Part shown: positions 9,844 through 20,234 of the stretch, piece after piece
Layout: the number at the start of each line of letters is the position of its first letter
Position numbering within the stretch: position 1 is the stretch's first letter
Virus record (IMG/VR): IMGVR_UViG_3300045988_051354
Coordinates: 35,058 to 99,057 of that record
Direction: 5' to 3' (one strand)
Source: a virus
Length of the DNA: 64,000 nucleotides
Translations under genes and position numbers: made by a program
The notes under the pieces: generated by a model
Seen by the model: only the letters and a program-made list of their open reading frames with translations
Database searches by the model: none
What the model was told of the DNA's origin: nothing

Positions 9844-10823
9844 GCTTCGTTAATTAAGTTAAGTGTTGCATCTCTACCATATTTAGCATGAAAGTCGGAT
9901 ATATCCTTAGCTCCATAAGATCTAGGAATCCATAGGCATTCTACTCCAAATTGCTTCCTTATCCGATTCATATTATGAATTCCAGCTAAGTCATTGTCAT
10001 AGAACACTACTATCTTCTTAAATCTCTTGCTGAGTTTCTCAAACTGAGATTCAGTTATGAATAGATTCTCAGAATTAGGAGCTATTGCAGTAATCCCTAA
10101 AGAATATAAGCACATTACATCCTTCATACTTTTAGTAATTACTAACAAATTACCTTCTGCTGGGAGTTGATGAGCTCCTTGCAACATGATAGCCTTCCAA
10201 TTAGAAAGGAATCTTGTAGTTCCTTTGTCCCTAAATGGAAAGTATATACGCCATAACTCAATGCCTTTATCGTTTTTACCTCGATAATAGCCGAATATGG
10301 GGTTCTGAGAACCAGTAGTAGCATAATAATTCCCATTCAGGAATACAGTTTTACATGAGTACACTCTAAATTTCTTTAGAATATCCTTAGTAATTCCATA
10401 TCTATGCCACCATTCCAGCTCTTTATCAGTGAATTCCTGTATTTCAGCCCGTATAACAGCAGGTCCCTTGTCTTTAAACTCAGTACTACTAATTACTGGC
10501 TTACTACCTTTAGGCAACGTCTTGTGTTTGATATAACCAAAATCATTAGCAATGATTTGTAAAGCCTTATAATAAGAGCAGCTATACTTATACATTACTA
10601 CACTGATAAAATTGCCATAAAATTGTCCACTGAAATCATTGAAGATGATATCCCCAGACGCATTCCTATAAAAGGAACACGTAGGAGAGTTATCATTTCT
10701 CAACGGAGATTTAAACAGTCCCTTCTTTACTGGGATACCAAGATAATACTCAAGATATGTCTCCTGAGATTGCCTTTCAAGTAAATACTTCTTAGTAATT
10801 TTAGGTTCATACTCTAATACCAT
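9822..10823 (-). CDS. DnaG-like DNA primase (zinc-binding domain + TOPRIM)
   Basis: SPLRNDNSPTCSF resembles the DnaG zinc-ribbon motif CPFHxExTPSF. VVFYDNDLAG is the TOPRIM DxD motif. Confidence 0.7.
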   Translation of the reverse strand: MVLEYEPKITKKYLLERQSQETYLEYYLGIPVKKGLFKSPLRNDNSPTCSFYRNASGDIIFNDFSGQFYGNFISVVMYKYSCSYYKALQIIANDFGYIKHKTLPKGSKPVISSTEFKDKGPAVIRAEIQEFTDKELEWWHRYGITKDILKKFRVYSCKTVFLNGNYYATTGSQNPIFGYYRGKNDKGIELWRIYFPFRDKGTTRFLSNWKAIMLQGAHQLPAEGNLLVITKSMKDVMCLYSLGITAIAPNSENLFITESQFEKLSKRFKKIVVFYDNDLAGIHNMNRIRKQFGVECLWIPRSYGAKDISDFHAKYGRDATLNLINEAWKVLKK

Positions 10824-10870
10824 ATTGATTCGATACTTAATGTTAGAACCTTAAAGTTACTAATTATTTC

Positions 10871-11554
10871 TTATACATCAAAGTCAAGGTCTGAATTAGC
10901 TGATGCAGCGTCTCCTGCTACCCCAAAATCATCAGAACTTGTTCCCGGCATATCTGTAGGACCGTTACTCTTCTGTTTATTCATCTGATTAGTTTCGTAA
11001 TCAGAGAAGAAGACCTTATCACCCAACCAGTTATTAGAGATATAAGCATCACCTGCTTTACTAATATTAACGAAGTATGGCAAACAAGGTTCACCCTTCT
11101 TATTAGCAATCAGTTTCAGTTTAGTCTGCTTATTAACAGCGTCCTTGGTAATCTCAATAAAAGTCTTAGCTAGCTTCTCAAATTCATCGGGAAGCGCAAA
11201 GGTCATAGATTTAAACTTCTCATATTTCTTAGGAGATAGTTGTTCTCCAACATGAGCTAACATAAACTTAAACTTCTCCAAATTAGACGGATTCTCACGT
11301 TCTACCCCACCATTAGAGGTTACTGGTCTCACATCATCACCTTCTTTAGGACAGAATATAGTCTCTTCATATACTCCATTCTCATTCTCAAACGAAATCT
11401 TCATGGTCTTCCAAGTAGTACTTGGGTCTTTCTTACCAGCGAATTCGCTATAAGTTACACCCTTAAAGAGTACAGTATGGATTTCCCAAGGTTTCAGTCT
11501 AGGTTTGATTGATGATGTACCGTTAGTGTTGGATAAGTTGAAATTCATTGACAT
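10871..11554 (-). CDS. hypothetical protein with acidic C-terminal tail (possible single-strand DNA-binding protein)
   Basis: Ends ...SDLDFDV. Sits between the primase and the Sak4-like ATPase. The SSB assignment is weak. Confidence 0.35.
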   Translation of the reverse strand: MSMNFNLSNTNGTSSIKPRLKPWEIHTVLFKGVTYSEFAGKKDPSTTWKTMKISFENENGVYEETIFCPKEGDDVRPVTSNGGVERENPSNLEKFKFMLAHVGEQLSPKKYEKFKSMTFALPDEFEKLAKTFIEITKDAVNKQTKLKLIANKKGEPCLPYFVNISKAGDAYISNNWLGDKVFFSDYETNQMNKQKSNGPTDMPGTSSDDFGVAGDAASANSDLDFDV

Positions 11555-11569
11555 AGTTCTAATAGAATA

Positions 11570-12124
11570 TTAAAGTTCGAAAGTTAATGGGTCAATCTCT
11601 TTAGCTGACTCATCTTCAATCTCTGTGTCTAGTGGCAAATCTACATTGTCAAAATCTTCCTTAACTTCTATGTTATCTACTTCAGGTTCTATAGGTCTGT
11701 CAGCATTACCAACTAATACAAACAAATCATCATAGCCCTTCATTTTAGTTACTGTAAATGTATCTCCATACTGTCTTAATAACTCATTGGATTTACCTCT
11801 ACAGCTTACAGATAGACCTTTAGTAAGCTTATTACCACCTTTGGTACCAAAAGCTTCATCAGTACCAATAATTGGGAATGTTACTCCTTCAATCTTCTGG
11901 TAATTAATACTAATTCTATCTCCCCAGGCAGCACCTATCATAGCAGCAGCTGCCTTATTAAGTATATACTTATTGGAATCTAATGTTACTTGAGGTTCCG
12001 CTGTATCTTCAACCTCTACCGCAACCTTCTTGGTAGGTTCCTCCTTGACTATCTCCTGCTTCAGAGATTTATATTCTCCAGTAGCAGGATCAAAGTCTAG
12101 GGTTAATAGCATTTTAACTATCAT
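11570..12124 (-). CDS. hypothetical acidic protein
   Basis: 184 aa. Acidic C-terminus EIDPLTFEL. Confidence 0.45.
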   Translation of the reverse strand: MIVKMLLTLDFDPATGEYKSLKQEIVKEEPTKKVAVEVEDTAEPQVTLDSNKYILNKAAAAMIGAAWGDRISINYQKIEGVTFPIIGTDEAFGTKGGNKLTKGLSVSCRGKSNELLRQYGDTFTVTKMKGYDDLFVLVGNADRPIEPEVDNIEVKEDFDNVDLPLDTEIEDESAKEIDPLTFEL

Positions 12125-12813
12125 TCTCCTAATTCAAACTTATTAATTGTATCAATAACCATCTTCATATTAGGTTCGATATATAAGTCAGAGAAACATC
12201 CAGCAGTACTTCTACAAGTATCAGGACCTAAGGATTTAGTTCTGAATTTATACGTAACTTCCTCATCATTAACTATCTTCTCCGCATAGAGCAAATAATT
12301 AAACAGTCCATCAATATTAACACTTCTGTCCAACATCTTACCGGTGGTGAAGAGTTTGTATTTAGGATCATAATCGTTACCATCATTCACAATATGTGAT
12401 ATGAAGATTACGATTAAATCGTCTCGAAGAGTCATTGCCTTAAGAATTAAGTCATAATAATGCTTTGCAAAGTCAATATGCTTATCATATCCTTTCTCGG
12501 CACTTCTAGACATTACTTCTTGAGAGAGAAGATAATTACTATCATCAATAGCTAAGACTTTAATCTCCGGCAGTTTAACATTAACTACGTTCATAATATT
12601 CATTACCTTAGCAAATTCATTACTAAAATACCAGTTACCAACGTAATTCTTGTCCTTATCCTGAGTTAACTTCTTATAATTCTTTCTAAATCCTGGAATA
12701 GATAATTGTTTTGGAGTACAACTAATAATAAACGTTTCTTTAGGATTCAGATATTGCAGCGAACTAGACTTACCACTACCTGAAAATCCTCCAAGTCCTA
12801 TAATTTGGCTCAT
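12121..12813 (-). CDS. Sak4-like / RecA-fold ssDNA-annealing ATPase (AAA_24-like)
   Basis: Walker A GLGGFSGSGKSS near the N-terminus. About 230 aa, in a replication/recombination module. Confidence 0.6.
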   Translation of the reverse strand: MSQIIGLGGFSGSGKSSSLQYLNPKETFIISCTPKQLSIPGFRKNYKKLTQDKDKNYVGNWYFSNEFAKVMNIMNVVNVKLPEIKVLAIDDSNYLLSQEVMSRSAEKGYDKHIDFAKHYYDLILKAMTLRDDLIVIFISHIVNDGNDYDPKYKLFTTGKMLDRSVNIDGLFNYLLYAEKIVNDEEVTYKFRTKSLGPDTCRSTAGCFSDLYIEPNMKMVIDTINKFELGE

Positions 12814-12817
12814 TAAG

Positions 12818-13900
12818 TTATAATGTTATGGTTACGCGTAAATCATCTCGTTTAGCTTTAGCTTCATCTTCTGGAAAGTCGATGATAGTCCAATCTGGAT
12901 GTTTATACCTCTCATAGTCATTGATTTCAGATGGAATAGGTAATTCTTTAAAGATACCACATCTACCATAAAATCCTGTACCAATAGCTATGTCAGACGA
13001 ACCAAATCTATTCTTAAGAACCAGTAATGACCTGAATCCATCCTTTAGTTCCTTTATGTCATATCCTCTATAAGAAGACAATTTGTTCCTAAATGGATTA
13101 TACAATACTAATACAACATTAGCATCCTCGCTAGGAGAACCACTTTCCTTCAAATCGGACAAATCTGGCTCCTGTAACCCTTGCTTTAGTCTTTCAGAAT
13201 TATTAGAATTTCTATTAAACTGCATAATATTAATTGGAGATACTTTACATTTATTTCTAAATGATACCCCATATGCAGAAATAGTATCAATCTCTTCTTT
13301 CTTACTACGACCTGGCAACGGTCTTACTAAGCCCAAATGGTCAGTAATTATAGCTATGATCTGATTAGGATTATTAAGTACATAAGTGTCTTCATCAACA
13401 AAGGTTCCAAACTTCTTCAAGTCTGCTATAACCATTTCTTTATACTTCTCTGAATTTAAAGTTCCATCATGTATTATAAGTCTGTCTTCTATTGATTCCA
13501 GCCATGGAATACATTCCTGAACTAAATCATAATCCTCATCAGATAATGTCACCCCCTTACCTCTAGAAAGCAATTCTTTAAAAGATATCTGTTTACCATA
13601 AGTCTCATAAATGTGAATAGAAAGCAGTTTAGCTAATAATTGCTCTGCACTCATTTCTAATGAGAATATAATAAACTGTAAATCTCTATCTTGACTTGTA
13701 TCAAGAAGTGCTTTATAAATAAAAGAGTGAAGTACTAAACTGGTTTTACCATTACCAGTTCCTGCTGCTACTAAGTAATATGTTTCTTGAGTTAATCCAT
13801 CAATAATCTGTTCTAATTTGGGCAGACCTAGTGATAATCCTTGATTGTCACCTCTTCTACCTCTTTCGATTAGATTTAACAAGCTACTAGTATGTGTCAT
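12818..13900 (-). CDS. DnaB-family replicative helicase
   Basis: Walker A AAGTGNGKTS. DnaB H4-like motif LSDLKESGSPSEDANVVLVLYNP. Ends ...RFGSS. Confidence 0.75.
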   Translation of the reverse strand: MTHTSSLLNLIERGRRGDNQGLSLGLPKLEQIIDGLTQETYYLVAAGTGNGKTSLVLHSFIYKALLDTSQDRDLQFIIFSLEMSAEQLLAKLLSIHIYETYGKQISFKELLSRGKGVTLSDEDYDLVQECIPWLESIEDRLIIHDGTLNSEKYKEMVIADLKKFGTFVDEDTYVLNNPNQIIAIITDHLGLVRPLPGRSKKEEIDTISAYGVSFRNKCKVSPINIMQFNRNSNNSERLKQGLQEPDLSDLKESGSPSEDANVVLVLYNPFRNKLSSYRGYDIKELKDGFRSLLVLKNRFGSSDIAIGTGFYGRCGIFKELPIPSEINDYERYKHPDWTIIDFPEDEAKAKRDDLRVTITL

Positions 13901-14520
13901 AATTCTGTTATAGTATCAAATACCATTTCATCAAAGTGACCTTCCTTAAATGCTTTAATGGATTCCCAAGATTTGGATATAATGAAATCAGCTATATTCT
14001 TATTAAGCAGATTACATTTATTCTTTTTAGCCCAGTCGATTAACTCTAGTACTTCTTTATGCTTATCTTTACTCCATCCGATATTCTTACCATATCGGAA
14101 GAACATTTCATCTTCAGTAAAGAATCGTTTGGCGAAATTCCGCATATCATATTCTTTACCGTTAATAATACCTATTGGAGGATAAGCATCCCATAATTCT
14201 TGACCCAGTTCTCCTGAGTACTTTCTGTAATTTCTCATGAAATTCTCATTAAAGATTACAGTTTCGGGGTCAAACTTCTGACCCGCTTCAGGGACTTTAT
14301 ACTTCTTAGTAATAATTCCCTTAGTTTGAAGACTCAGTAAGATAGTCCTCAATCCAGTTTTAGTAATAGGCAATCCAAGATATTTAGTAAGGAATTCTCC
14401 ATGACCTTCTTCTGGTTGCGCTATAAATAATAACTCAATCATTAACAACTCCTCAGCAGTAAGTCTATACTGCTCCATCATTAACAATTGATTGTCCAAA
14501 GACGTCTTTAATTTATCCAA
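13897..14520 (-). CDS. hypothetical protein (possible helicase loader / replication accessory)
   Basis: 207 aa. Translationally coupled, just upstream of the DnaB-like gene. Confidence 0.45.
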   Translation of the reverse strand: MDKLKTSLDNQLLMMEQYRLTAEELLMIELLFIAQPEEGHGEFLTKYLGLPITKTGLRTILLSLQTKGIITKKYKVPEAGQKFDPETVIFNENFMRNYRKYSGELGQELWDAYPPIGIINGKEYDMRNFAKRFFTEDEMFFRYGKNIGWSKDKHKEVLELIDWAKKNKCNLLNKNIADFIISKSWESIKAFKEGHFDEMVFDTITEL

Positions 14521-14571
14521 GCTAATGATTAATAAGTTAGTAACTTACCAATCTATTATGCTGCAATAGTG

Positions 14572-14793
14572 TTATTCTGATTTCTCAGTGTCCTCAATTA
14601 CATAAGCATCCTCAGCTACTTCAAATGGAGATAAGAAATCCTCAATGAGTTCTTCCTGTCTTTTAGCCATAGCCTTAGAATCATATACTTTACCATTAAA
14701 GGTAAATTCTCCCTTCCTATTTATGCCATTAGTAGCAACAGCATCAAATACAGAAGTAAGAGTAAATAGTTCAACTATACGTTCAACTGTCAT
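14572..14793 (-). CDS. hypothetical small protein
   Basis: 73 aa. Confidence 0.4.
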   Translation of the reverse strand: MTVERIVELFTLTSVFDAVATNGINRKGEFTFNGKVYDSKAMAKRQEELIEDFLSPFEVAEDAYVIEDTEKSE

Positions 14794-15052
14794 TTCAAAT
14801 TCTCGATATGAGTTACAAAGATAATCAAATCTATTTATACTACCAACTGAATCTACCTAAATTTGAGGCTTCTCATAAGGCTTGGTACATCTAACATCTT
14901 ATTCCCTATAGAAGCAGAGACAATGCAAATGCTAGCCTTAGAATGTCTCTCTAATAGGTGTAACAGACCAAATATGTCTACATTCGCAGTAGTATCTGGC
15001 AAAGGTAACACAACTTCTTGGTCTATTACGTCATAATAGTTTACGGTATACA

Positions 15053-16327
15053 TCAGAATCTAAATATCATTTTAGTTTCTTTGTTCTTCTTAGGAGTAAA
15101 TTCTCTTCCTTCTAAGACATCTAGCAGATTAGAGCTGTCTATGGTTATGAAATCTTTACCACTAGTACTTTTACGAAACCATTCTTCTTCAACAGTTCCT
15201 TTAATTACAAAGGTAAATACTTCTGCCACTTTGTTCTCCGCCTTCCTAATAACTCTGCCAATTCTTTGTGTCTTAGTAGTAGGACTAGAATCAAATCCAA
15301 GAATAACAGCTACAGACAATCCCGGAATGTCAGCACCTTCGTCCAACATTTTAGAGGTATTAAGTACTCCCACTTTAGCTTCCTTGAATTCCTCCAAGGT
15401 CATACGCCCTTTCTTCTTAGTTTCCTTACTAGATAACACTTTACCATATCCAATCTTCTCCGCGACCTTAATTGTCTTACTAAACGTAATACATTTCTTG
15501 TCTTGACGGTGCTTCAATATTAAATCAGTAAGTTCTATCTTCTTAGGATGGTTATATATAAACTGCTTCCTTCCTTGCAGGGCTCTGTTAAACCCCATTG
15601 CATGTATTAGAATCTGTTTATTAATAGCCTTAAATTCGTCAGGCTTATTAGCATAATCAGGACACATTCTCTTAGCTAATTCAATGCGTTTCTGCCATTT
15701 AGAAGCACATGCCATAGCTAAGGTAAAATCATGGTTAAAGAAAGAGAAATGATCGTAAAACTCTCTATTTAATTCTAGATACTTGCTTAGATCATCTACT
15801 TCTATTAAGACTTTGTACTCCCTATAAGGAGACAACCAGCCTCTGGCAGTAGCTTCACTAACATCTACTCTATCAACTACAGGACAATACTTCTTGATGT
15901 AACTGTCTTTACCATCAAGCCTTTCCATAGTTGCTGTTAAGCCTAGAATTATTTTATACTTAACTACTTCGAACACCTTTCCAAATAAATCGGAGGCATA
16001 TTTATGACACTCATCAAGTATTAATAGATCACAATTCCATTCCTTTCTTACTACAGTATTAATGATAAGCACCTGATAAACTTTAGGTACTTTTTGCTCA
16101 GCTAAATCTGCTAACCATTGTCTTTGCAAAGCATCTGTAGGTACTACTATTATAACACTCTTTCCAGGATTCTTAGCCAAGAATCTCTTCATACACATAA
16201 TGGCAGTTCTAGTCTTACCGAAACCAGTACAATAGACTAGACTTCCACATAATCTGTTATTAACCCATCGTTGAACACCTAAAGCTTGACGTTCACTTCT
16301 GGTAATATTTCCAAATAAGTCTGCCAT
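15053..16327 (-). CDS. Superfamily II DEAD/DExH-box helicase
   Basis: Motifs CTGFGKT (I), ILDECH (II), LTAT (III) and QRIGRVIR (VI). Confidence 0.8.
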   Translation of the reverse strand: MADLFGNITRSERQALGVQRWVNNRLCGSLVYCTGFGKTRTAIMCMKRFLAKNPGKSVIIVVPTDALQRQWLADLAEQKVPKVYQVLIINTVVRKEWNCDLLILDECHKYASDLFGKVFEVVKYKIILGLTATMERLDGKDSYIKKYCPVVDRVDVSEATARGWLSPYREYKVLIEVDDLSKYLELNREFYDHFSFFNHDFTLAMACASKWQKRIELAKRMCPDYANKPDEFKAINKQILIHAMGFNRALQGRKQFIYNHPKKIELTDLILKHRQDKKCITFSKTIKVAEKIGYGKVLSSKETKKKGRMTLEEFKEAKVGVLNTSKMLDEGADIPGLSVAVILGFDSSPTTKTQRIGRVIRKAENKVAEVFTFVIKGTVEEEWFRKSTSGKDFITIDSSNLLDVLEGREFTPKKNKETKMIFRF

Positions 16328-16478
16328 TTGTTATGTAAAGAGCTATTACACCTTATATTAAATCATCTATCCCTTAAGTCTTGTGATATGACTATAATGA
16401 AATTAAATTAAGTAATGCATAGCTATTACATAATAATCTGGATTAATAACTGTCAACCAATTACAATTCAGATATAAT

Positions 16479-17306
16479 TTACAGAGTAAATCCTTTAGCA
16501 TCACATACCATTTTAATTTGTTCCTTACGAGTTTCCCATTGAGAGATGTGGAACTTAACTTCTTCAGCCAAAGAATAGAGTATTCTATTTCTGAGAACCT
16601 TAAGTTGGTCTGTAGTTAACTCTGTATATTTCTTACTCTTCAGATTAACCATAGCTCTTAATTGAGTATAATTCAATCCTTTGGGAGTAATATAGATGGG
16701 AGCGGTAGGTTTAAGACCTAATCTCTCTCTAGCCACTACAAGCTTGTCTCTCAGCTGACCATCAGAGTCTTTCTCTACCAAGTCCTTGCTCTCTTGAGCA
16801 GTAAACCAGAGACCTTGCTTGAGAATGAATGTGAGTGTAATATGTTGCTTGTTGAACTTTCCCAGTCTGTCCAAACAACCTTCACGAACAAGTTCAGTAG
16901 GAATATCTTTGAATTCCTCCGGACAATTATTCATGGTTCCGTCAATCGGATAATCCTTAGGGTCTATAGCATCCTTATTAATGTCTAGGAAAGATACTAG
17001 GGCCTCTAAGAATTTAAATCTAGGCAGATGTTGCTCTTGCTCTAGCCATCTTAAGAATAGCTCAGCATTACAACGCTGCTTCTGGTCATTAATAATGTCC
17101 AATAAAACATAACGACCAGGATACTCCTTGCTAGTATTGTGAAGCATAGATTCACAATGGGCGTAGAAACTACGAAGTTCTTCCTCAGTACAATCAACCA
17201 AACGCTTCTCCTCTTGTACTAATTCTCCATTAACTTCTTGTTTACGACCCTTCCATACGAAGGAGTTAATATTATTCATAGCAGCTGCCAATTTCTCTTT
17301 AAACAT
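16479..17306 (-). CDS. hypothetical protein
   Basis: 275 aa. Confidence 0.5.
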   Translation of the reverse strand: MFKEKLAAAMNNINSFVWKGRKQEVNGELVQEEKRLVDCTEEELRSFYAHCESMLHNTSKEYPGRYVLLDIINDQKQRCNAELFLRWLEQEQHLPRFKFLEALVSFLDINKDAIDPKDYPIDGTMNNCPEEFKDIPTELVREGCLDRLGKFNKQHITLTFILKQGLWFTAQESKDLVEKDSDGQLRDKLVVARERLGLKPTAPIYITPKGLNYTQLRAMVNLKSKKYTELTTDQLKVLRNRILYSLAEEVKFHISQWETRKEQIKMVCDAKGFTL

Positions 17307-17364
17307 ACAGATATATCATATTAATTTGATGTAATGGTCTAATCTCTTTAATTTAGATAATCTT

Positions 17365-17667
17365 TTACAGTACAATCTCACCTTCTGGTGGCTTCTCGTA
17401 AATAAAAGTCTCAAAATAAAAGTCAGTATTCTTATAAGGAACTTGAATATTATTCTCAGAATCGTACCAAGTATCCTTACCAGCTACTACTTCCCTATAT
17501 TTTAAGAATCCGATGTCCCCAACTACTAGGAATGGGCTATCCCAATTAGGACATCGCGTACACGCTTTATATGCACCAGTTTTTAAGTCTTCAAACACAT
17601 ATTGAATATAGCCACCTACGTTCTCTTGTGCAGCTACAAGCCGCACACGTAAGGTCTCTATTATCAT
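17365..17667 (-). CDS. hypothetical protein
   Basis: 100 aa. Confidence 0.45.
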   Translation of the reverse strand: MIIETLRVRLVAAQENVGGYIQYVFEDLKTGAYKACTRCPNWDSPFLVVGDIGFLKYREVVAGKDTWYDSENNIQVPYKNTDFYFETFIYEKPPEGEIVL

Positions 17668-17885
17668 AGATATCTTGAGCCTACACGCATATCTTCAGGA
17701 ATGTTATCTTCTTCAAATGGAACTGCTTTCCATTCTAGATCGTCTGGATTCCATCCAAATGCTTCTGCATCTGCGTGGGCAATATCTCTACCTCTATCTA
17801 GAGCTTCTTGTTGTGTTTCGAATTCTTCTGTTTCTTGATAGGTAATATTACCCTTCAACCCTGCATAAATGTTGTACTCAGTCAT
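17664..17885 (-). CDS. hypothetical small protein
   Basis: 73 aa. Start and stop overlap the neighbouring genes. Confidence 0.45.
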   Translation of the reverse strand: MTEYNIYAGLKGNITYQETEEFETQQEALDRGRDIAHADAEAFGWNPDDLEWKAVPFEEDNIPEDMRVGSRYL

Positions 17886-18076
17886 TCTTCTGATTCGTTA
17901 GTGTTAATTTTACCATCTTTATAAGTTACACAACCGTATTTAGCGAAGTCACATACACTCTTCTCAATACCACTGAAACAGGGATATTTAGCACATTCTT
18001 TACAGGTGCGCTCAGGATACTTGTATTTAACTCCATCTCTGTCTTTGTCACAGTCTTCGGATTGCTTCTTAGCCAT
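17882..18076 (-). CDS. hypothetical Cys-rich small protein
   Basis: 64 aa with 8 Cys. Confidence 0.4.
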   Translation of the reverse strand: MAKKQSEDCDKDRDGVKYKYPERTCKECAKYPCFSGIEKSVCDFAKYGCVTYKDGKINTNESEE

Positions 18077-18106
18077 GCGCCTCTGAGTTAGTTGTGTCTT
18101 AGTAAA

Positions 18107-18520
18107 TTACTTGAATAATAAGGCCATTATTACTCCTACAGTAACTACTCCTAGACTTGTTGATAAAGTGGTTAATCTTTTATTCTTCTTAGTTATTTTA
18201 CGTAACTGCTCTTGCTGTGTTTGAATAGCTGTATCTTGCAACTTAATGTGCATGTTAGCTCTTTCCAGTTGAAGTTTACGTAGACTATCAGCTTTAGCCA
18301 AGTTTGCAGTTAGTAAGGCATAAGAATCTACTTGCTTTATAAGTTCTACCTTCTCAAGTTTTAACTTCTTATGCTCCAGGAATATAAGATTAGTCGACTT
18401 TAGCTGTTTAGGAGTTATAACTATTAATGAGTCATTTACCAACTTCGGATAGATATTCTGTGAAGAACACCACATCGTTGGCAATAGGCTGATTAGTAAT
18501 ATTAATAAACTCCTTCTCAT
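18107..18520 (-). CDS. hypothetical membrane/secreted coiled-coil protein
   Basis: N-terminal hydrophobic segment RRSLLILLISLLPTMW. C-terminal TM helix. Confidence 0.45.
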   Translation of the reverse strand: MRRSLLILLISLLPTMWCSSQNIYPKLVNDSLIVITPKQLKSTNLIFLEHKKLKLEKVELIKQVDSYALLTANLAKADSLRKLQLERANMHIKLQDTAIQTQQEQLRKITKKNKRLTTLSTSLGVVTVGVIMALLFK

Positions 18521-18740
18521 ATGTATACTTTATAGTATCTATTTTACCGTTACTAGTAGCGATAACACTAAGAATACTATCATTAGTATTTGCTAAATCT
18601 CTTATTTCCTTATTAAGCGAATCAATAGTCATTTCATATTTGTTGGTATCTGGCATTACTACAGGATCTTCCTTTAGTAATAAACCAACTACAACTATTA
18701 TAATGGCTATAGTAGCTCCTATTATAAATGGTTTACTCAT
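18432..18740 (-). CDS. hypothetical membrane protein
   Basis: 102 aa with a TM segment. Overlaps the previous ORF, so one of the two starts is probably internal. Confidence 0.4.
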   Translation of the reverse strand: MSKPFIIGATIAIIIVVVGLLLKEDPVVMPDTNKYEMTIDSLNKEIRDLANTNDSILSVIATSNGKIDTIKYTYEKEFINITNQPIANDVVFFTEYLSEVGK

Positions 18741-19258
18741 TGCAGATAGTAATGATTATACAAATCTACAATATCATTCACTTTCTCTGGTGAGGCTGTG
18801 AGCAATGTGTCTAAACATTCTCTTTCCTTGTCATTCAGATTAAGTTCAACTTCTACCATTCGGGAATCTAATTCATATACCTCTTTTGCTGTATTATAAC
18901 CAGCAATATACTTCCCTGGGCATTGTTTAAAGAATGCAACTTCTTGATCTAAGAGTGCATTTACCACACCACGATTGATTAAACCTGGATCTGTACTGTA
19001 GAAAGCATGTTTGTTTCCTTTGCGAGCTTTACCTAAGGCAATTGTTTTACCTACTTCCTCGTTAAACTCATCTTCCGGGTTACATATCGCAACCCCTATT
19101 GATAGTTTCTTTACACCATCACAATGAACTGCATCAGAATCACTATAATCAGTAATAACAGCATCTACTTCTTGTGATACTGCTGCCATAATGAATTTAC
19201 GTTCAATGTTTGCGTAATCAGTAAAGGAATCAATTCTATATTCTACTCTCTCTTTCAT
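18737..19258 (-). CDS. hypothetical protein
   Basis: 173 aa. Confidence 0.5.
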   Translation of the reverse strand: MKERVEYRIDSFTDYANIERKFIMAAVSQEVDAVITDYSDSDAVHCDGVKKLSIGVAICNPEDEFNEEVGKTIALGKARKGNKHAFYSTDPGLINRGVVNALLDQEVAFFKQCPGKYIAGYNTAKEVYELDSRMVEVELNLNDKERECLDTLLTASPEKVNDIVDLYNHYYLQ

Positions 19259-19321
19259 AAGATTAACTTTATAAGATAATAAGTCTTATCTCTTTAGATG
19301 GTCTAATCTTCTATTTAGATA

Positions 19322-19963
19322 TTATTTCCTACCTAAACCATTATAGAAGTCAAGTATGGCGTTCTCTTTACGAAGCCATGTGGCTTGTTCTCTAGCCATA
19401 TCAAGAATAGTTCTACTAATGGACTCTTCTTCTACCTGTTCTTTAACTAGCATACCAGTATCTTCATCATCTCCGTTTAGCCACTGGAATGTAGCCCAAT
19501 CTCCTTCTTTCTGAGCCTGGTCTACAATCTTGTTGATACTCATAGTAGTCTCAATTTCCCTGTCTACCGTAGCAGCAAAAGGCATGATTCTATCTACGAT
19601 ATCTACTTTAATAGGAGGAACTGGGGGATACTGGAACAAGGCATCATTCTCGGTTAGATATTCAAATATCCACGAATGATGTAGGTACTCTTCTTTAGCT
19701 CTACCTCTCCAGTAGATGCCAAGTTTAGGAAGTCCTTCTACTTCAAAGTAATTAGCGAATGTCATATACAAAGCATGATTAGCTAGTTCAGCAGACATCT
19801 GCTTTACTAACATTTCAATCATTACCGACGATAAAGGACATTTACGTCTTGTAGTATCAATAACTCTCTCAGTATATTTCATAGTAGGTTCTGCACCCAC
19901 TGTTTGAACTCCATCACTTGTTACTTCTTGTATTGGATTTCCGTCTTTGTCTAGCTTTCTCAC
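19322..19963 (-). CDS. Ferritin-like protein
   Basis: MSAELANHALYMTFANYFEVEGLPKLGIYWRGRAKEEYLHHSWIFEYL lines up with the ferritin iron-site pattern E..(A/S)Y.Y...YF......G...F.....EE..H...L..Y. Confidence 0.55.
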   Translation of the reverse strand: MRKLDKDGNPIQEVTSDGVQTVGAEPTMKYTERVIDTTRRKCPLSSVMIEMLVKQMSAELANHALYMTFANYFEVEGLPKLGIYWRGRAKEEYLHHSWIFEYLTENDALFQYPPVPPIKVDIVDRIMPFAATVDREIETTMSINKIVDQAQKEGDWATFQWLNGDDEDTGMLVKEQVEEESISRTILDMAREQATWLRKENAILDFYNGLGRK

Positions 19964-20234
19964 TGTTAAATACTTTAAAGTTATTATTTCGCAAATAATC
20001 TAATGGTGCTCCTATCCAAGTAATGTACTTAGCACAGGTAATCTCCTTATCCATCTTGATGAACTGCGACTCTTTAACTCTTAAAGGTTTATCAGAAGAG
20101 AAGAATTTGGTACCTACACATTCTGCCCCATCCTTTCTAATGAGATATAATTGCACTTCATATAGAAAGGTGGGATATTCTGTTAGTTTAACGTCCCCAG
20201 AATGGTAGATTGTCTGGGCTGTACGTTTTACCAT
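19914..20234 (-). CDS. hypothetical protein
   Basis: 106 aa. Confidence 0.4.
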   Translation of the reverse strand: MVKRTAQTIYHSGDVKLTEYPTFLYEVQLYLIRKDGAECVGTKFFSSDKPLRVKESQFIKMDKEITCAKYITWIGAPLDYLRNNNFKVFNSEKARQRRKSNTRSNK

